From: an uncultured Gammaproteobacteria bacterium
Lineage (GTDB): Bacteria > Patescibacteriota > Microgenomatia > Levybacterales > GWA1-39-11
Assembly (NCBI GenBank): GCA_964450885.1
Contig: CAYVFE010000001.1
Coordinates: forward strand, 438,572-502,571
Reading direction: 5' to 3'
DNA: 64,000 nt
The number at the start of each line of letters is the position of its first letter. The first letter of the stretch is position 1. A program made the translations under genes and the position numbers. Positions 19,904-30,464 of the stretch are shown here, in pieces. The notes under the pieces were generated by a model, which was given only the letters and a program-made list of their open reading frames with translations, was not told the DNA's origin and searched no databases.

Positions 19904-21084
19904 TAAAAGTACTTTTTGTTACATATGATTTTCCATATCCGCTTACATCTGGAGGAAAAAATCGTGCCTACAATATGATGAAATTTGCAAAAAGTAGCAG
20001 TGTGTCTATAGATCTACTTTCATTTGTGAGAGAGGGATTTGATCCAAAAGATATCGATAGAATCAGGAAGATAGGAGTGAGTGATATTCAAGTCTATAAG
20101 CGTAGAAAATTAAAATCCGCGCTAACTCTTAGTAAAAATATGTTTTCTGCTGGGTCTATATTTAAGACATTATATTATGATAAGGATTTTGAAAAACTGC
20201 TTATCGAAATTATCAAAAAAAACAATATCGATATAGTACACTTTGAATCGAGCTATGTGGGATATTATATTTCAGATAAGCTAAGAAGAATGGGGGTAAA
20301 GCAAATCTTAGGGACAGAAAATATAGAGCATCTTTTATATAAAGAATTTTTGGATAATTCAAAAAACATCCTTAAAAAATCAGCCCTTTCTTACCAGGTG
20401 AATAGATTTAAGAAGGAGGAGCATGACATGATGGAAAAAGCCGATATATGTATTGCGGTAACAAAGAATGAAGCGGACTATATATCAGAAGTAACTGGTA
20501 AAAAAAGCTACCTAGTGGAAAATGCTATTAGTGTAAAGGATTTAAAGTTCAAGTTTGAAGATAATGTGAAACATAATATTCTGTTTGTTGGTAACTTTGC
20601 CTACATGCCTAATATCCAGGCTATAAATTATTTTGTAGGCAAGGTGTTACCACTTTTGGATCACAAGATTACATTGACAATAGTAGGAAAGAGGGTTAGG
20701 GAAATCGTGCCTGACTCTAGGCAAATTATTGCGCTTGAATATGTTGATGATTTGATTGAAGAATATAGAAAAGCAGATCTGATGGTGTTTCCTATAAAAA
20801 TCGGTGGTGGGACAAATTATAAAGTTTTGGAGGCAATGGCACTGGGGATACCGGTCGTAGCTTTTCCCGACAAGGTTAATAGTATTGGAGCTAAAGAGAA
20901 TATCGATTATTTCAAAGTAGTCAATGAGTCGGAGTTTGCTGAGAAAATTGAATTGATAATGAAAAATAAGACTATAGCAACTAAAATAGTAGAAAGCGCA
21001 AGAAGATTAGTTGAAGAAAATTATTCTTGGGAAGTAGTTGGTTTGAAACTTTCTAAAGTATGGAAGGACCTAGCAAATGGCTAA
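19900..21084 (+). CDS. glycosyltransferase family 1 (GT4-type)
   Basis: It has the GT1 pattern KVLFVTYDFPYPLTSGGKNRAYN... and a C-domain with EAMALGIPVVAF. Confidence 0.7.
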   Translation: MIKVLFVTYDFPYPLTSGGKNRAYNMMKFAKSSSVSIDLLSFVREGFDPKDIDRIRKIGVSDIQVYKRRKLKSALTLSKNMFSAGSIFKTLYYDKDFEKLLIEIIKKNNIDIVHFESSYVGYYISDKLRRMGVKQILGTENIEHLLYKEFLDNSKNILKKSALSYQVNRFKKEEHDMMEKADICIAVTKNEADYISEVTGKKSYLVENAISVKDLKFKFEDNVKHNILFVGNFAYMPNIQAINYFVGKVLPLLDHKITLTIVGKRVREIVPDSRQIIALEYVDDLIEEYRKADLMVFPIKIGGGTNYKVLEAMALGIPVVAFPDKVNSIGAKENIDYFKVVNESEFAEKIELIMKNKTIATKIVESARRLVEENYSWEVVGLKLSKVWKDLANG

Positions 21085-21991
21085 AATAGATTTATCGATA
21101 ATTATCGTAACTTACAAATCTGAGACCTTGATTGAAAAATGTTTGGACTCTATTTATAGTACTGTGGGAAATTTAACCTTCGAGGTAATAATTTCCGACA
21201 ATAGTCCAGATACAAATACGAAAAATGTCATCAGTAAGATAAAAAACAAATACAAAAATCTCATCTTTATAAAAAACGAAAAGAACGAAGGATTTTCCAA
21301 AGGGAATAACATAGCAGTCAAAAAGGCAAGTGGACGGTATGTTCTTTTCCTAAATCCAGATATGGTCCTTGCGAATAAGACGCTTGATGGAATGTATGAA
21401 TTTTTGCAGGAAAGTCCAAACGTTGGAGCAGCTACATGTAGGGTTGATTTACTTGATGGTAGATTAGATGATTCATGTCATAGAGGATTTCCAACTCCCT
21501 GGAGGGCCTTTTGTCATTTTTCTAAATTAGCTAAGCTTTTTCCTAAAAGTAGACTTTTTTCAGGCTATAATTTAACTTATATGGATTTTTCGAAAACTCA
21601 TGAGATAGATGCTCTTGCTGGGTCGTTTATGATTATGCCATTTGAGCTGGGGAAAAAATTGAATTGGTGGGATGAGGACTATTTCTTTTATGGAGAGGAT
21701 ATAGACTTTTGCTATCGAATAAAAAAATCTGGTATGAAAATCTATTTTGTTCCTAAGTATAAAGCCCTTCATTATAAAGGGGTTTCAAGTGGAATTAAAA
21801 AAATTTCAAAAGAATTCTCTACTGCAAATAGGGAAACCAGAAAATGGGTGACGGAGCAAAGATTTAAGGCAATGCAGATTTTTTACGATAAGCATTACAA
21901 AGATAAATATCCTTATTTTGTAAGGAATATTGTTCTTTTGGGTATAAAAGTGAGATTTAACTTAGCAAAAATAAGCAACAGATTAAACTAA
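21077..21991 (+). CDS. glycosyltransferase family 2
   Basis: It has the GT2 pattern LSIIIVTYKSETLIEKCLDS...VIISDNSPDT and an EDIDF motif. Confidence 0.7.
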   Translation: MAKIDLSIIIVTYKSETLIEKCLDSIYSTVGNLTFEVIISDNSPDTNTKNVISKIKNKYKNLIFIKNEKNEGFSKGNNIAVKKASGRYVLFLNPDMVLANKTLDGMYEFLQESPNVGAATCRVDLLDGRLDDSCHRGFPTPWRAFCHFSKLAKLFPKSRLFSGYNLTYMDFSKTHEIDALAGSFMIMPFELGKKLNWWDEDYFFYGEDIDFCYRIKKSGMKIYFVPKYKALHYKGVSSGIKKISKEFSTANRETRKWVTEQRFKAMQIFYDKHYKDKYPYFVRNIVLLGIKVRFNLAKISNRLN

Positions 21992-23103
21992 TGAAGGTAG
22001 GAATAGATGCGAGACTTTATTATGAGAGTGGTGTTGGCAGGTATATAAGAAATACATTATTTGAGCTGGATAAATATTGCTCTGAGAGCAAGACCGAAAA
22101 CAAATTCTATATTTTTCTTTCTAAAAAAGGTTTTGCCAGCGTTAATTTTAAAAGTGAAGCTCTAGTAAAGATAGAAGCAAATGTTCCATGGCATTCTTTA
22201 GGTGAGCAAATAGGCTTCGTAAAAATACTCAATCATTATGATCTGGATCTTATGCATTTTACTTATTTCTCTTTACCGATTTTTTACAAGAGAAAATTTA
22301 TTGTCACGATTCACGATTTAATAATCAATAAGCTGGATACGGGAAAAGCGACGACTCTGCCGAAGCCAATCTATAGATTGAAGAGGATCGCCTACCATAA
22401 AGTCATAAAGCATGCCATATTGAAATCTAAATTTATAATTAGCCCTTCGGAAAGCACGAAAAAAGAGATCTTGAATGCGTACAATATTGATGAATCAAAG
22501 ATAGTCGTAATCCCCGAAGGGATAGACCCCAATTTTTATCATAAAACCACAAAACCAAAAGAAAACGTGCCTAGCAAATTTATTCTATATGTAGGGAATG
22601 CTTATCCTCACAAAAATCTCGAGCGATTAGTGAAAGCATATGGAAATGTGCAAGATAAGATTGATGAGGATTTAGTTCTAGTCGGAAGAAGTGATTATTT
22701 TTACAAACGGCTCTACGGTAAAACACGAAACAACAAGAGGATTAAGATTTTTCATTCGATAAATGACAGTGAGCTTTCATATCTTTACGAAAAGGCTAGC
22801 TTTTTAGTTGCCCCCTCACTTATGGAAGGTTTTGGGCTAACCCCTTTGGAAGCAATGGGGCATGGGTGCTTGCCGGTGGTGTCTTCGATTGATGCATTTC
22901 GTCAAGTATGCGATAATGCTGCATTGTATTTTGATCCAGAGAGTGTGAGCGACATTTCGGCTGTTTTACAAAAGGCAGCGCAGCTGCATAAAGATAAAAA
23001 AAATGAATTAAAAGAGTTATTTAAAAAGAGGGTGAACTTTTTTTCCTGGAAAAAATCTTTTGAGAAAACATTGGAGACATATGAAAGTTGCTATAGTTTA
23101 TGA
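21991..23103 (+). CDS. glycosyltransferase family 1 (GT4-type)
   Basis: The C-domain motif EGFGLTPLEAMGHGCLPVVSSIDAFRQVCDNAALYF is typical of GT4-type enzymes. Confidence 0.7.
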   Translation: MKVGIDARLYYESGVGRYIRNTLFELDKYCSESKTENKFYIFLSKKGFASVNFKSEALVKIEANVPWHSLGEQIGFVKILNHYDLDLMHFTYFSLPIFYKRKFIVTIHDLIINKLDTGKATTLPKPIYRLKRIAYHKVIKHAILKSKFIISPSESTKKEILNAYNIDESKIVVIPEGIDPNFYHKTTKPKENVPSKFILYVGNAYPHKNLERLVKAYGNVQDKIDEDLVLVGRSDYFYKRLYGKTRNNKRIKIFHSINDSELSYLYEKASFLVAPSLMEGFGLTPLEAMGHGCLPVVSSIDAFRQVCDNAALYFDPESVSDISAVLQKAAQLHKDKKNELKELFKKRVNFFSWKKSFEKTLETYESCYSL

Positions 23104-24169
23104 CAGGGTAAACAAATGGGGAGGAGCGGAGCGTGTTTTATTAGAGCTTCATAAGATGTTTCCGGAGGCGCCCCTCTACACCTCCCTATATTCCCCAAAA
23201 AGAGCTAAATGGGCATCGGTATTTAAGGTTAAGACTTCATTTTTACAAAAGATAAAATTTCTGCGTGACAAACACGAGCTCTTGGGAGTTTTCATGCCGA
23301 TTGCCTTCGAGTCATTCGACTTTAATAATTATGATCTTGTTATTTCTGTTACTAGTGAGGCAGCAAAAGGGGTAATCACATCTGCGAGAACAAAACACAT
23401 ATGCATTTGCCTTACTCCCACACGTTATTTATGGAGCGATTATGAGAAATATTTCCAAGGTTGGTTATTTAGAAAAATCTCGTACCCCGCCGTTTTTTAT
23501 CTAAGAACTTGGGAAAAAATTGCGGCAAAACGTCCGGATGTATTGATCGCAATCTCTTCAAGTATTCAGCAGAAGATAAAAAAGTACTATGGTATAGATA
23601 GTGTCGTTATTTATCCACCAGCAAGCAGCATCCTGGATACAAAAACAGTAGAAAAGCCCAAAGAAAAAGATTATTACCTAATCGTATCGCGTCTTGTCCC
23701 GTATAAGAATATAGACATTGCAGTAAAGGCAGCGACTAAACTCAATCTCCGACTTATTGTTGTGGGTAGGGGTGTTGAGAGAAAAAATCTGGAATCCATT
23801 TCTGGAGAATCAATAGAATTTATAGATTTTGTATCAGATGAGCAGTTGAGGGGATATCTAAAGGGGGCTACAGCTCTTATATACCCTTCAATCGAGGATT
23901 TTGGAATCGGAATGGTCGAGGCGCAAATTCATGGGATTCCCGTTATAGCACCAAATCAAGGAGCAGCCAAAGAGATAGTCGTGAATGGTAAAACAGGAGT
24001 GTTATTTAGAGATTTATCAGTTCACTCTCTTATCTCTGTATTGAAAAACTTCAAAAAGGACAAGTATAATGAAAAAGATTGTTATGATAATGGAATGAGA
24101 TTTTCTAATAAAATATTTAGGGAAAAATTATCCGAATATATAGAAAATGCTATAATTAACAATTCTTAA
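23081..24169 (+). CDS. glycosyltransferase family 1 (GT4-type)
   Basis: It starts MKVAIVYDRVNKWGGAERV (the ATG start is 7 codons inside the listed ORF). The C-domain has EDFGIGMVEAQIHGIPVIA. Confidence 0.7.
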   Translation: MKVAIVYDRVNKWGGAERVLLELHKMFPEAPLYTSLYSPKRAKWASVFKVKTSFLQKIKFLRDKHELLGVFMPIAFESFDFNNYDLVISVTSEAAKGVITSARTKHICICLTPTRYLWSDYEKYFQGWLFRKISYPAVFYLRTWEKIAAKRPDVLIAISSSIQQKIKKYYGIDSVVIYPPASSILDTKTVEKPKEKDYYLIVSRLVPYKNIDIAVKAATKLNLRLIVVGRGVERKNLESISGESIEFIDFVSDEQLRGYLKGATALIYPSIEDFGIGMVEAQIHGIPVIAPNQGAAKEIVVNGKTGVLFRDLSVHSLISVLKNFKKDKYNEKDCYDNGMRFSNKIFREKLSEYIENAIINNS

Positions 24170-24172
24170 TTT

Positions 24173-25258
24173 ATGAAAGTCGTATTTTTTGCAGGAGGCG
24201 TAGGAACCAGGCTTTGGCCACTATCTAGGAAAGAAAAGCCTAAGCAGTTCGGACATATAGTAGGCGATAAAACCATGCTTCAGATCGTAGTCCAGAAGTT
24301 ATTTCCAGAATTCCGTTGGGAGGATCTCTATATCTCTACAGGTGAACAATATAAAAAAGTAGTCGTAGATCAGCTGCCCGAGATTCTAAATGAAAATATC
24401 ATAGTTGAGCCTGAAATGAGAGATGTGGGACCAGCAGTAGGGTATGTGACTGCGCATTTTGCTAAAAGAACTCCTTATGAACCGATTGCGCTACTTTGGG
24501 GTAGTGACCATTTGGTTAAGAACGAAGAGGTTTTTAGACAGGCATTGAAAGCGGGAGAGAGATTGATAGAAGAGGATCCAAACAAGATAGTATTTATTGG
24601 ACAAAAGCCCAGGTTCCCAAACCAAAATTTGGGGTATATCGAATATGGTGATGAGGTAAATAAGATTGGTGACTTTTCGATATTCTCATTTACCGGATTT
24701 AAATATAGACCAGATCCGGAGCTTGCGCAGAAATTTTTCGAAAGCGGTCAGCATGCATGGAATTTAGGATATTTCGTTACCACTCCACAATTTCTATGGA
24801 GTCAATTTGAAAAATTCTCACCGGAGTTATTCAAAGAGCTAAAAAAGATATATGATGCGATCGATACTCCTGACTATGAAAAAGTATCAAATGAGGTGTA
24901 TCCAAAACTCGAAAAGATCTCTTTTGATGATGCGATTTTGGAAAAAATGGATTTTTCTGATGCGCTCGTCATTTCATGTGATATTGGATGGAGTGATATT
25001 GGAGCTTGGGAGGCACTAAAAGAGGCACTTTCGGAGAGCATAGATGAAAATGTTACTAGAGGAAAGGTTATATTGAAGGATTCCAGAGATTCTCTCGCTT
25101 TTAACTATACTGATCAATTATTAGTGGGTATTGATATGGACGAGCTTCTGGTGGTAGCTACCGATGATGTTTTATTGATTTGTCCTAAAAATTCTGTCCC
25201 TAAAATCAAAAAACTTGTCGAGTCGTTGAAAGGAACCGAACACGAGAGTCTTACATAG
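24173..25258 (+). CDS. sugar-1-phosphate nucleotidyltransferase (mannose-1-phosphate guanylyltransferase-like)
   Basis: It has the N-terminal nucleotidyltransferase signature FFAGGVGTRLWPLSRKEKPKQF, and its size matches ManC-type enzymes. Confidence 0.6.
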   Translation: MKVVFFAGGVGTRLWPLSRKEKPKQFGHIVGDKTMLQIVVQKLFPEFRWEDLYISTGEQYKKVVVDQLPEILNENIIVEPEMRDVGPAVGYVTAHFAKRTPYEPIALLWGSDHLVKNEEVFRQALKAGERLIEEDPNKIVFIGQKPRFPNQNLGYIEYGDEVNKIGDFSIFSFTGFKYRPDPELAQKFFESGQHAWNLGYFVTTPQFLWSQFEKFSPELFKELKKIYDAIDTPDYEKVSNEVYPKLEKISFDDAILEKMDFSDALVISCDIGWSDIGAWEALKEALSESIDENVTRGKVILKDSRDSLAFNYTDQLLVGIDMDELLVVATDDVLLICPKNSVPKIKKLVESLKGTEHESLT

Positions 25259-25296
25259 ACATGAATTTATTCACTTATTTTATCCAGATATAATAT

Positions 25297-25935
25297 ATGT
25301 TCTACGATATTTCAAAAAGATTTTTCGATGTGCTCTTATCCATAATTCTTTTGGTCCTTTTTTCACCGATTCTTTTAGTCACGGTTATTGCGATAAAGCT
25401 TAATTCCCCAGGACCAGTTCTGGCAGATACTCCCCAAAGGGTGGGTGAGAAGGGAACAAAATTTAGGATGTATAAATTCAGGTCTATGGTCCAAAATGCT
25501 CATGATATCTTAACTACAGATCCTAAGTACAAGCATTTATTTGAAGAATATAAAAAAAGCGGATACAAGTTGCGTAATGATCCAAGGATCACTAAAGTAG
25601 GGAGATTTATCAGAAAGTATTCAATCGATGAAATGCCACAATTTTTTAATGTTATAAAGGGGGATATGAGTATAGTGGGGCCAAGAGCTTATTATTATGA
25701 TGAGCTCAAAGATCAGCAGAAAAAATTCCCCCACACAAAAGATGCTGTAAAAGTGGTATTATCTGTAAAGCCTGGAATTACAGGTGTATGGCAAGTAACC
25801 GGTAGAAGTGATATCAAATTCGATACACGTATTCAGCTGGACGCTGATTATGCAATTAAGCGTTCCGTTATCTATGATTTTTATTTAATTTTACGTACTC
25901 CATTTGCAATGTTGTCAGGAAAAGGCGCATTATAA
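25297..25935 (+). CDS. polyprenyl-phosphate sugar phosphotransferase (Bac_transf / WbaP-EpsL family), the initiating enzyme
   Basis: It has one N-terminal TM helix and the conserved motifs KFRMYKFRSM...DEMPQFFNVIKGDMSIVGPRA. Confidence 0.8.
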   Translation: MFYDISKRFFDVLLSIILLVLFSPILLVTVIAIKLNSPGPVLADTPQRVGEKGTKFRMYKFRSMVQNAHDILTTDPKYKHLFEEYKKSGYKLRNDPRITKVGRFIRKYSIDEMPQFFNVIKGDMSIVGPRAYYYDELKDQQKKFPHTKDAVKVVLSVKPGITGVWQVTGRSDIKFDTRIQLDADYAIKRSVIYDFYLILRTPFAMLSGKGAL

Positions 25936-25979
25936 TTATTTGCAAATAAAAAAAGTTTTATGGTTTAATATATAAGTTT

Positions 25980-27944
25980 ATGGACACGGAAGGGTTTAAA
26001 AAGATAGAATTAAATAGTGAGGTAAAAAAAGATAGGGTCATCCGCGAAGAAAGCAAAGATAATACTATGGGAAGAAAAAAGAGAAGACTTTCAATTTCAC
26101 TAAAGAGCCGCAAATCAAAAATAATCTTGGGGGTTATAGTTGTTTTGATTGGTCTTGCAATTTATACAACTTTTACTGCAGTGGGAGTTTATAATCAGGC
26201 ACGCATTACGGAGACAAAAGCAAGGCTTGCGATGGATGCGATTAAGCAGCAAAACATAGAGGAATTTAGGAAGAACCTTTCCGATACCCAAAAGGAAGTG
26301 AAGGTGCTGTCTTCTAGAGTAAAGGGGCTGGCGTATATAGGATTTATTCCATTTCTAGGAAGTTACTATCATGATCTAGATCACTTGGTTAAGGCTGCAG
26401 ATCATGGTATTGAAGCAGGTCTTATCACTTCGGACACTCTTATACCGTACGCAGATCTTCTGGGGCTTAAGGGAGAGGGTACTTTTGTGGGCGGTACCGC
26501 ACAGGATAGGATAAGACTTGCTGTTCAGTCTATGGGAAAGGTTGTTCCAGAGATCGACAGAATTGAGGAGCAGATTCTTATAGCAAAAGACGAAATAGAC
26601 GAAGTTGACCCTAACCGTTATCCGGAGATCGGAAAAATAAAAGAAATAAAAAGCTTGTTGACTCAGCTTAAAACTGGAATAGATGGAGCAGTTGTTGCTG
26701 TCGGTGAAGGTAAGCCTTTGATCAAAGCTTTGCCAGAACTTCTAGGCGAATCAGAACCGAAGCGATATTTGGTATTGTTCCAGAATGATGCTGAGCTGCG
26801 TGCGACTGGCGGATTTTTGACTTTCTATTCTATATTTAAGGTAGATGAGGGAGTTATAGAAGTTGAGGATTCATCAGATATATATGAGCTTGATGACAGT
26901 ATTCCAAATCATCCTGCAGCACCTCAAATCGTTCGGGATTATCTCGAGGTAAATAGGCTCTATATAAGAGACAGTAACCTTTCTCCTGATTATGTCGAAT
27001 CTATGGATGCTTTTATGGAGCAGTATGAAAATTCCAGCAAAGAGCAGGAGATAGATGGAATTATTGCTTTGGATACGAATGTGCTGGTTGGGGCTATAAG
27101 TATTTTGGGAGAAGTGAGTGCTTCTGGACTTACATTCACCGCAGAGCAAGATGAGAGATGTGATTGTCCTCAGGTCGTATACCTATTGGAAGACCAGATT
27201 TCCCGCCCAGTGAATTACATCAGAACTAATAGAAAAGGTCTTATCTCAGAGCTAATGCTTGCTCTTATGAACAAGGCACTGTCTTCATCTCCTGGGCAGT
27301 ATTGGGGTCCACTTTTTCAACAGTTTGTAGTTGATGCGCAGGAAAAGCACATTCTTTTCTATGTATTTAATGATGATGCCCAAAAAGGTCTAGATGCGTT
27401 GAATTGGTCAGGGAGGATTAGGGAATATGAGGGTGACTATATTCATGTTAACGATGTAAATTTGGGTGGTAATAAATCAAACCTTTTTATCACACAAAGT
27501 CTTAATATGGATTATATGATTTCAGATAGCGGCGAGATTAAGAAGAAGGTTACGATTGAGTATAGAAACTCCCGGGAGCATTCGGATTGTAACCTGGAAC
27601 GCGGGGGACTTTGTCTAAATGCCCAAACAAGAGATTTTCAAAGGGTTTACGTTCCCAAAGGATCAGTTCTTGATGATGTAAAGGGTTCGGAAATAAAGAC
27701 CACCACAAAAGAAGAGCTTGGGAAATCATACTTTGAATCATTTTTGACGATAAATCCTTTAGGTAAGGCAGAGATCGTATATGATTACACTTTGCCATTT
27801 AGGCTAAGTGATAATTCCGTGCTGCCTGTTCTTATCCAAAAGCAGCCCGGAGTAGAGTCGGTAAGCGTAAGCATAAGCGTAAATGGAGAGAAAGTTGATG
27901 AGTTTGAGTTAAGATCCGATAGAGAGCTAGAGCTTAATATCTAA
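25980..27944 (+). CDS. membrane-anchored extracytoplasmic protein, DUF4012-like
   Basis: It has a basic N-terminus, a single TM helix (ILGVIVVLIGLAIYTTF), a coiled-coil segment and a large soluble domain. The motif NDAELRATGGF is reminiscent of DUF4012. Family assignment is from memory only. Confidence 0.35.
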   Translation: MDTEGFKKIELNSEVKKDRVIREESKDNTMGRKKRRLSISLKSRKSKIILGVIVVLIGLAIYTTFTAVGVYNQARITETKARLAMDAIKQQNIEEFRKNLSDTQKEVKVLSSRVKGLAYIGFIPFLGSYYHDLDHLVKAADHGIEAGLITSDTLIPYADLLGLKGEGTFVGGTAQDRIRLAVQSMGKVVPEIDRIEEQILIAKDEIDEVDPNRYPEIGKIKEIKSLLTQLKTGIDGAVVAVGEGKPLIKALPELLGESEPKRYLVLFQNDAELRATGGFLTFYSIFKVDEGVIEVEDSSDIYELDDSIPNHPAAPQIVRDYLEVNRLYIRDSNLSPDYVESMDAFMEQYENSSKEQEIDGIIALDTNVLVGAISILGEVSASGLTFTAEQDERCDCPQVVYLLEDQISRPVNYIRTNRKGLISELMLALMNKALSSSPGQYWGPLFQQFVVDAQEKHILFYVFNDDAQKGLDALNWSGRIREYEGDYIHVNDVNLGGNKSNLFITQSLNMDYMISDSGEIKKKVTIEYRNSREHSDCNLERGGLCLNAQTRDFQRVYVPKGSVLDDVKGSEIKTTTKEELGKSYFESFLTINPLGKAEIVYDYTLPFRLSDNSVLPVLIQKQPGVESVSVSISVNGEKVDEFELRSDRELELNI

Positions 27945-27945
27945 T

Positions 27946-28470
27946 ATGCAGTTTATTTCCGATCAAGGATTTATAATACGCAGAAGAAATTTTGGTGAAG
28001 CAGACAGGATAATAACTATTTTTTCAAAGAATAATGGGAAAATTACAGTAACCGCAAAAGGTGTACGTAAGATCACGAGCCGTAGGGGCGCACTCCTAGA
28101 ACCCCTCAATCATATAAAATTCCATACTGTGCAGTCATATTCCCGAAAAATTTTAACAGAGGTTGAGCTAATAAGCTCGTTTGATGCCGACAAGGCAAGC
28201 TCAGATAATTATCAGAAGGTATTTGTCGCATGTGAGCTTTTAGATACGCTTTGTGGTGAAGATTTGCCGTTAGGATCATTGTACGACAAGATTGCCGATT
28301 TTGTTTATTCCAAAAGCGAAAAGAATTCCTTAGTAGATTTTAAGATGGACCTTTTGATTAATCTAGGTTATTGGGAGCAGGATAAGAAATTTATCAGTGA
28401 GGATGACTCTTATAGATATATAGAAAGCATAATCGAAAAAAAGTTAAAATCACGGACAATTATCTTCTAG
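27946..28470 (+). CDS. recO: DNA repair protein RecO (short form lacking the C-terminal Zn module)
   Basis: GFIIRRRNFGEADRIITIFSKNNGKITVTAKGVRKITSRRGALLEPLNHIKF aligns with the RecO N-terminal OB-fold region. Confidence 0.6.
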   Translation: MQFISDQGFIIRRRNFGEADRIITIFSKNNGKITVTAKGVRKITSRRGALLEPLNHIKFHTVQSYSRKILTEVELISSFDADKASSDNYQKVFVACELLDTLCGEDLPLGSLYDKIADFVYSKSEKNSLVDFKMDLLINLGYWEQDKKFISEDDSYRYIESIIEKKLKSRTIIF

Positions 28471-28512
28471 GCAGTTTCGAGTGAGGTTAAATTCTGATAT
28501 ACTACGGATTAA

Positions 28513-29898
28513 ATGAGCAATACTCCTATTACAATGCAAAAGGTTACGGCGCTTGCTAAAAGGCGCGGTTTTATTTATCCCGGTTCGGAGATCTATGGGG
28601 GACTTGCTAATACTTATGATTATGGTCCTGTCGGAATTGAGCTTTTGAGAAATATTAAAAATCTGTGGTGGGATAATTTTATACATCGCCGCGATGATAT
28701 AGTGGGTCTTGAGGCGAGTCTTATATCTCATCAGGAAATCTGGAAGGCGTCGGGCCATACATCCGGTTTTGCAGATGCTTTAGTTGATTGTAAAAATTGT
28801 AAGCTCAGAATGCGTGCAGACCATCTCATAGAGGATAGTTTGGACGGTAAAAATGTAGAGGGCATGTCAAATGACGAGCTAGACGAAATAATTTCAGAGA
28901 ATAAGTTAAAGTGTCCGAACTGTGGTAAAAGTGATTGGACCAAAGTTCGTAAGTTCAACCTTTTATTTCCGGTAAATCTAGGTATAGTAGAGGGTGATCA
29001 GGGTCTTGCTTATCTTCGAGGTGAAACAGCGCAAGGTATGTTCGTGAACTTTAAAAATGTTATAGAATCCACCCGCGTAAGACTCCCTTTTGGTATTGCT
29101 CAGCTGGGAAAAAGCTTCCGAAATGAAATAACACCGGGAAATTCAGTATTTAGGACTCTCGAATTCGAGCAAGGGGAAATAGAATATTTTTTTAACCCCG
29201 AAGAGTCTGATTGGGAAAAATTATTTGCTGATTGGAAAGAATCTATTTGGAACTTTATTACAAAAAAAATAGGGATTAACGAAAAAAATCTTAGATGGCG
29301 TGAGCATAACGAAAAGGAGCGCTCGTTCTATAGTAAAAAAACTGAGGATCTCGAGTACAAATTTCCATTTGGTTTTAAGGAGCTATGGGGGCTTGCATAT
29401 AGGACTGATTACGATTTGTCTTCTCATGAAAAGGGATCAGGAAAAGAATTGAGGCTGGTCGATCCAAAGGACAATAAAAAGATCCTGCCTCATGTTATCG
29501 AGCCTGCTGTTGGAATAAACAGGATATTTCTTATGGTGCTTTGCGATGCGTATCGTGAAGAAGAAGGAAGAGTTTATCTATCCCTTAATCCAAAGCTTGC
29601 CCCATATAAAGCAGCGGTATTTCCGCTACTTGCGAATAAACCAGAACTGGTTGACAAGGCAAAGAAAATCTATGAAGACTTAAGGGAGGATTTTCTCGTT
29701 GCGTTTGACGACAGAGGAAATATAGGAAAGAGATACCTTTATCAGGATGAAATAGGAACCCCCTTTTGTATAACTGTTGATTTTGACTCGCTAGACGACG
29801 AAAGCGTAACGATAAGGCACAGAGATACTACAAAACAAGAAAGAGTCAAAATCTCTGAGTTAAGCAGCTATATCAAGTCAAATCTAAATCTTTCATAA
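28513..29898 (+). CDS. glyQS: glycine--tRNA ligase (dimeric class II GlyRS)
   Basis: ALAKRRGFIYPGSEIYGGLANTYDYGPVGIELLRNIKNLWW is a near-canonical GlyQS N-terminus, and the full-length ORF is 461 aa. Confidence 0.9.
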   Translation: MSNTPITMQKVTALAKRRGFIYPGSEIYGGLANTYDYGPVGIELLRNIKNLWWDNFIHRRDDIVGLEASLISHQEIWKASGHTSGFADALVDCKNCKLRMRADHLIEDSLDGKNVEGMSNDELDEIISENKLKCPNCGKSDWTKVRKFNLLFPVNLGIVEGDQGLAYLRGETAQGMFVNFKNVIESTRVRLPFGIAQLGKSFRNEITPGNSVFRTLEFEQGEIEYFFNPEESDWEKLFADWKESIWNFITKKIGINEKNLRWREHNEKERSFYSKKTEDLEYKFPFGFKELWGLAYRTDYDLSSHEKGSGKELRLVDPKDNKKILPHVIEPAVGINRIFLMVLCDAYREEEGRVYLSLNPKLAPYKAAVFPLLANKPELVDKAKKIYEDLREDFLVAFDDRGNIGKRYLYQDEIGTPFCITVDFDSLDDESVTIRHRDTTKQERVKISELSSYIKSNLNLS

Positions 29899-29900
29899 TA

Positions 29901-29930
29901 TTGACATATTTTTCCTAAGTCTAGTAGAAT
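29901..29930 (+). promoter_or_regulatory. candidate sigma70-type promoter (TTGACA-18-TAGAAT) for the 29940 gene
   Basis: TTGACA lies at 29901-29906 and TAGAAT at 29925-29930. The ATG at 29940 would make the transcript nearly leaderless. Confidence 0.25.
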
Positions 29931-29939
29931 TAAAAAGGT

Positions 29940-30416
29940 ATGAATAAGAAAGTCTTAATAATCAGTGGTATAGTCCTTTTGGTATTGGTTGTTTTGGGAG
30001 GCGTGCTTTTGTTTGTTAATAATAATGCTTCAGATCCAGAGGATTCCCCAAATCCATTTAATGAAAATCTGATTGAAATGTCTGCGGAGGATGTTGGACT
30101 TACTCTTTCGAGTCAGCAAAATAATCAGCAGATTGTGATGGAAATTACAAAGCTTGATGAGGTAGATTCTTTTGAATACGAATTATCCTATGATGCAGTC
30201 GAGAATGGCGAAGTCGTATCTAGAGGAACATTCGGATCTGGGCCAAATCCGGATGAGAAGGGGAGCTCGATAATCAAAAGGGTTATGGACCTGGGAACCT
30301 GTTCGGCAGGTAAGTGTAAGTACGACAAAGGTGTAGGCGAGGTTGTTTTGTCTCTGAGGATCAACCTCAAGAATGGCGAAGTAGGTATAATAGAAGAAGT
30401 TTTTGTAATTGAGTAA
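29940..30416 (+). CDS. hypothetical secreted/membrane-anchored protein
   Basis: It has an N-terminal signal anchor (VLIISGIVLLVLVVLGGVLLFV). I recognise no family. Confidence 0.35.
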   Translation: MNKKVLIISGIVLLVLVVLGGVLLFVNNNASDPEDSPNPFNENLIEMSAEDVGLTLSSQQNNQQIVMEITKLDEVDSFEYELSYDAVENGEVVSRGTFGSGPNPDEKGSSIIKRVMDLGTCSAGKCKYDKGVGEVVLSLRINLKNGEVGIIEEVFVIE

Positions 30417-30464
30417 TCTCCATATTTAGCGTTTTCTTTTCCGTAAAAATAGTATATGTAGTAG

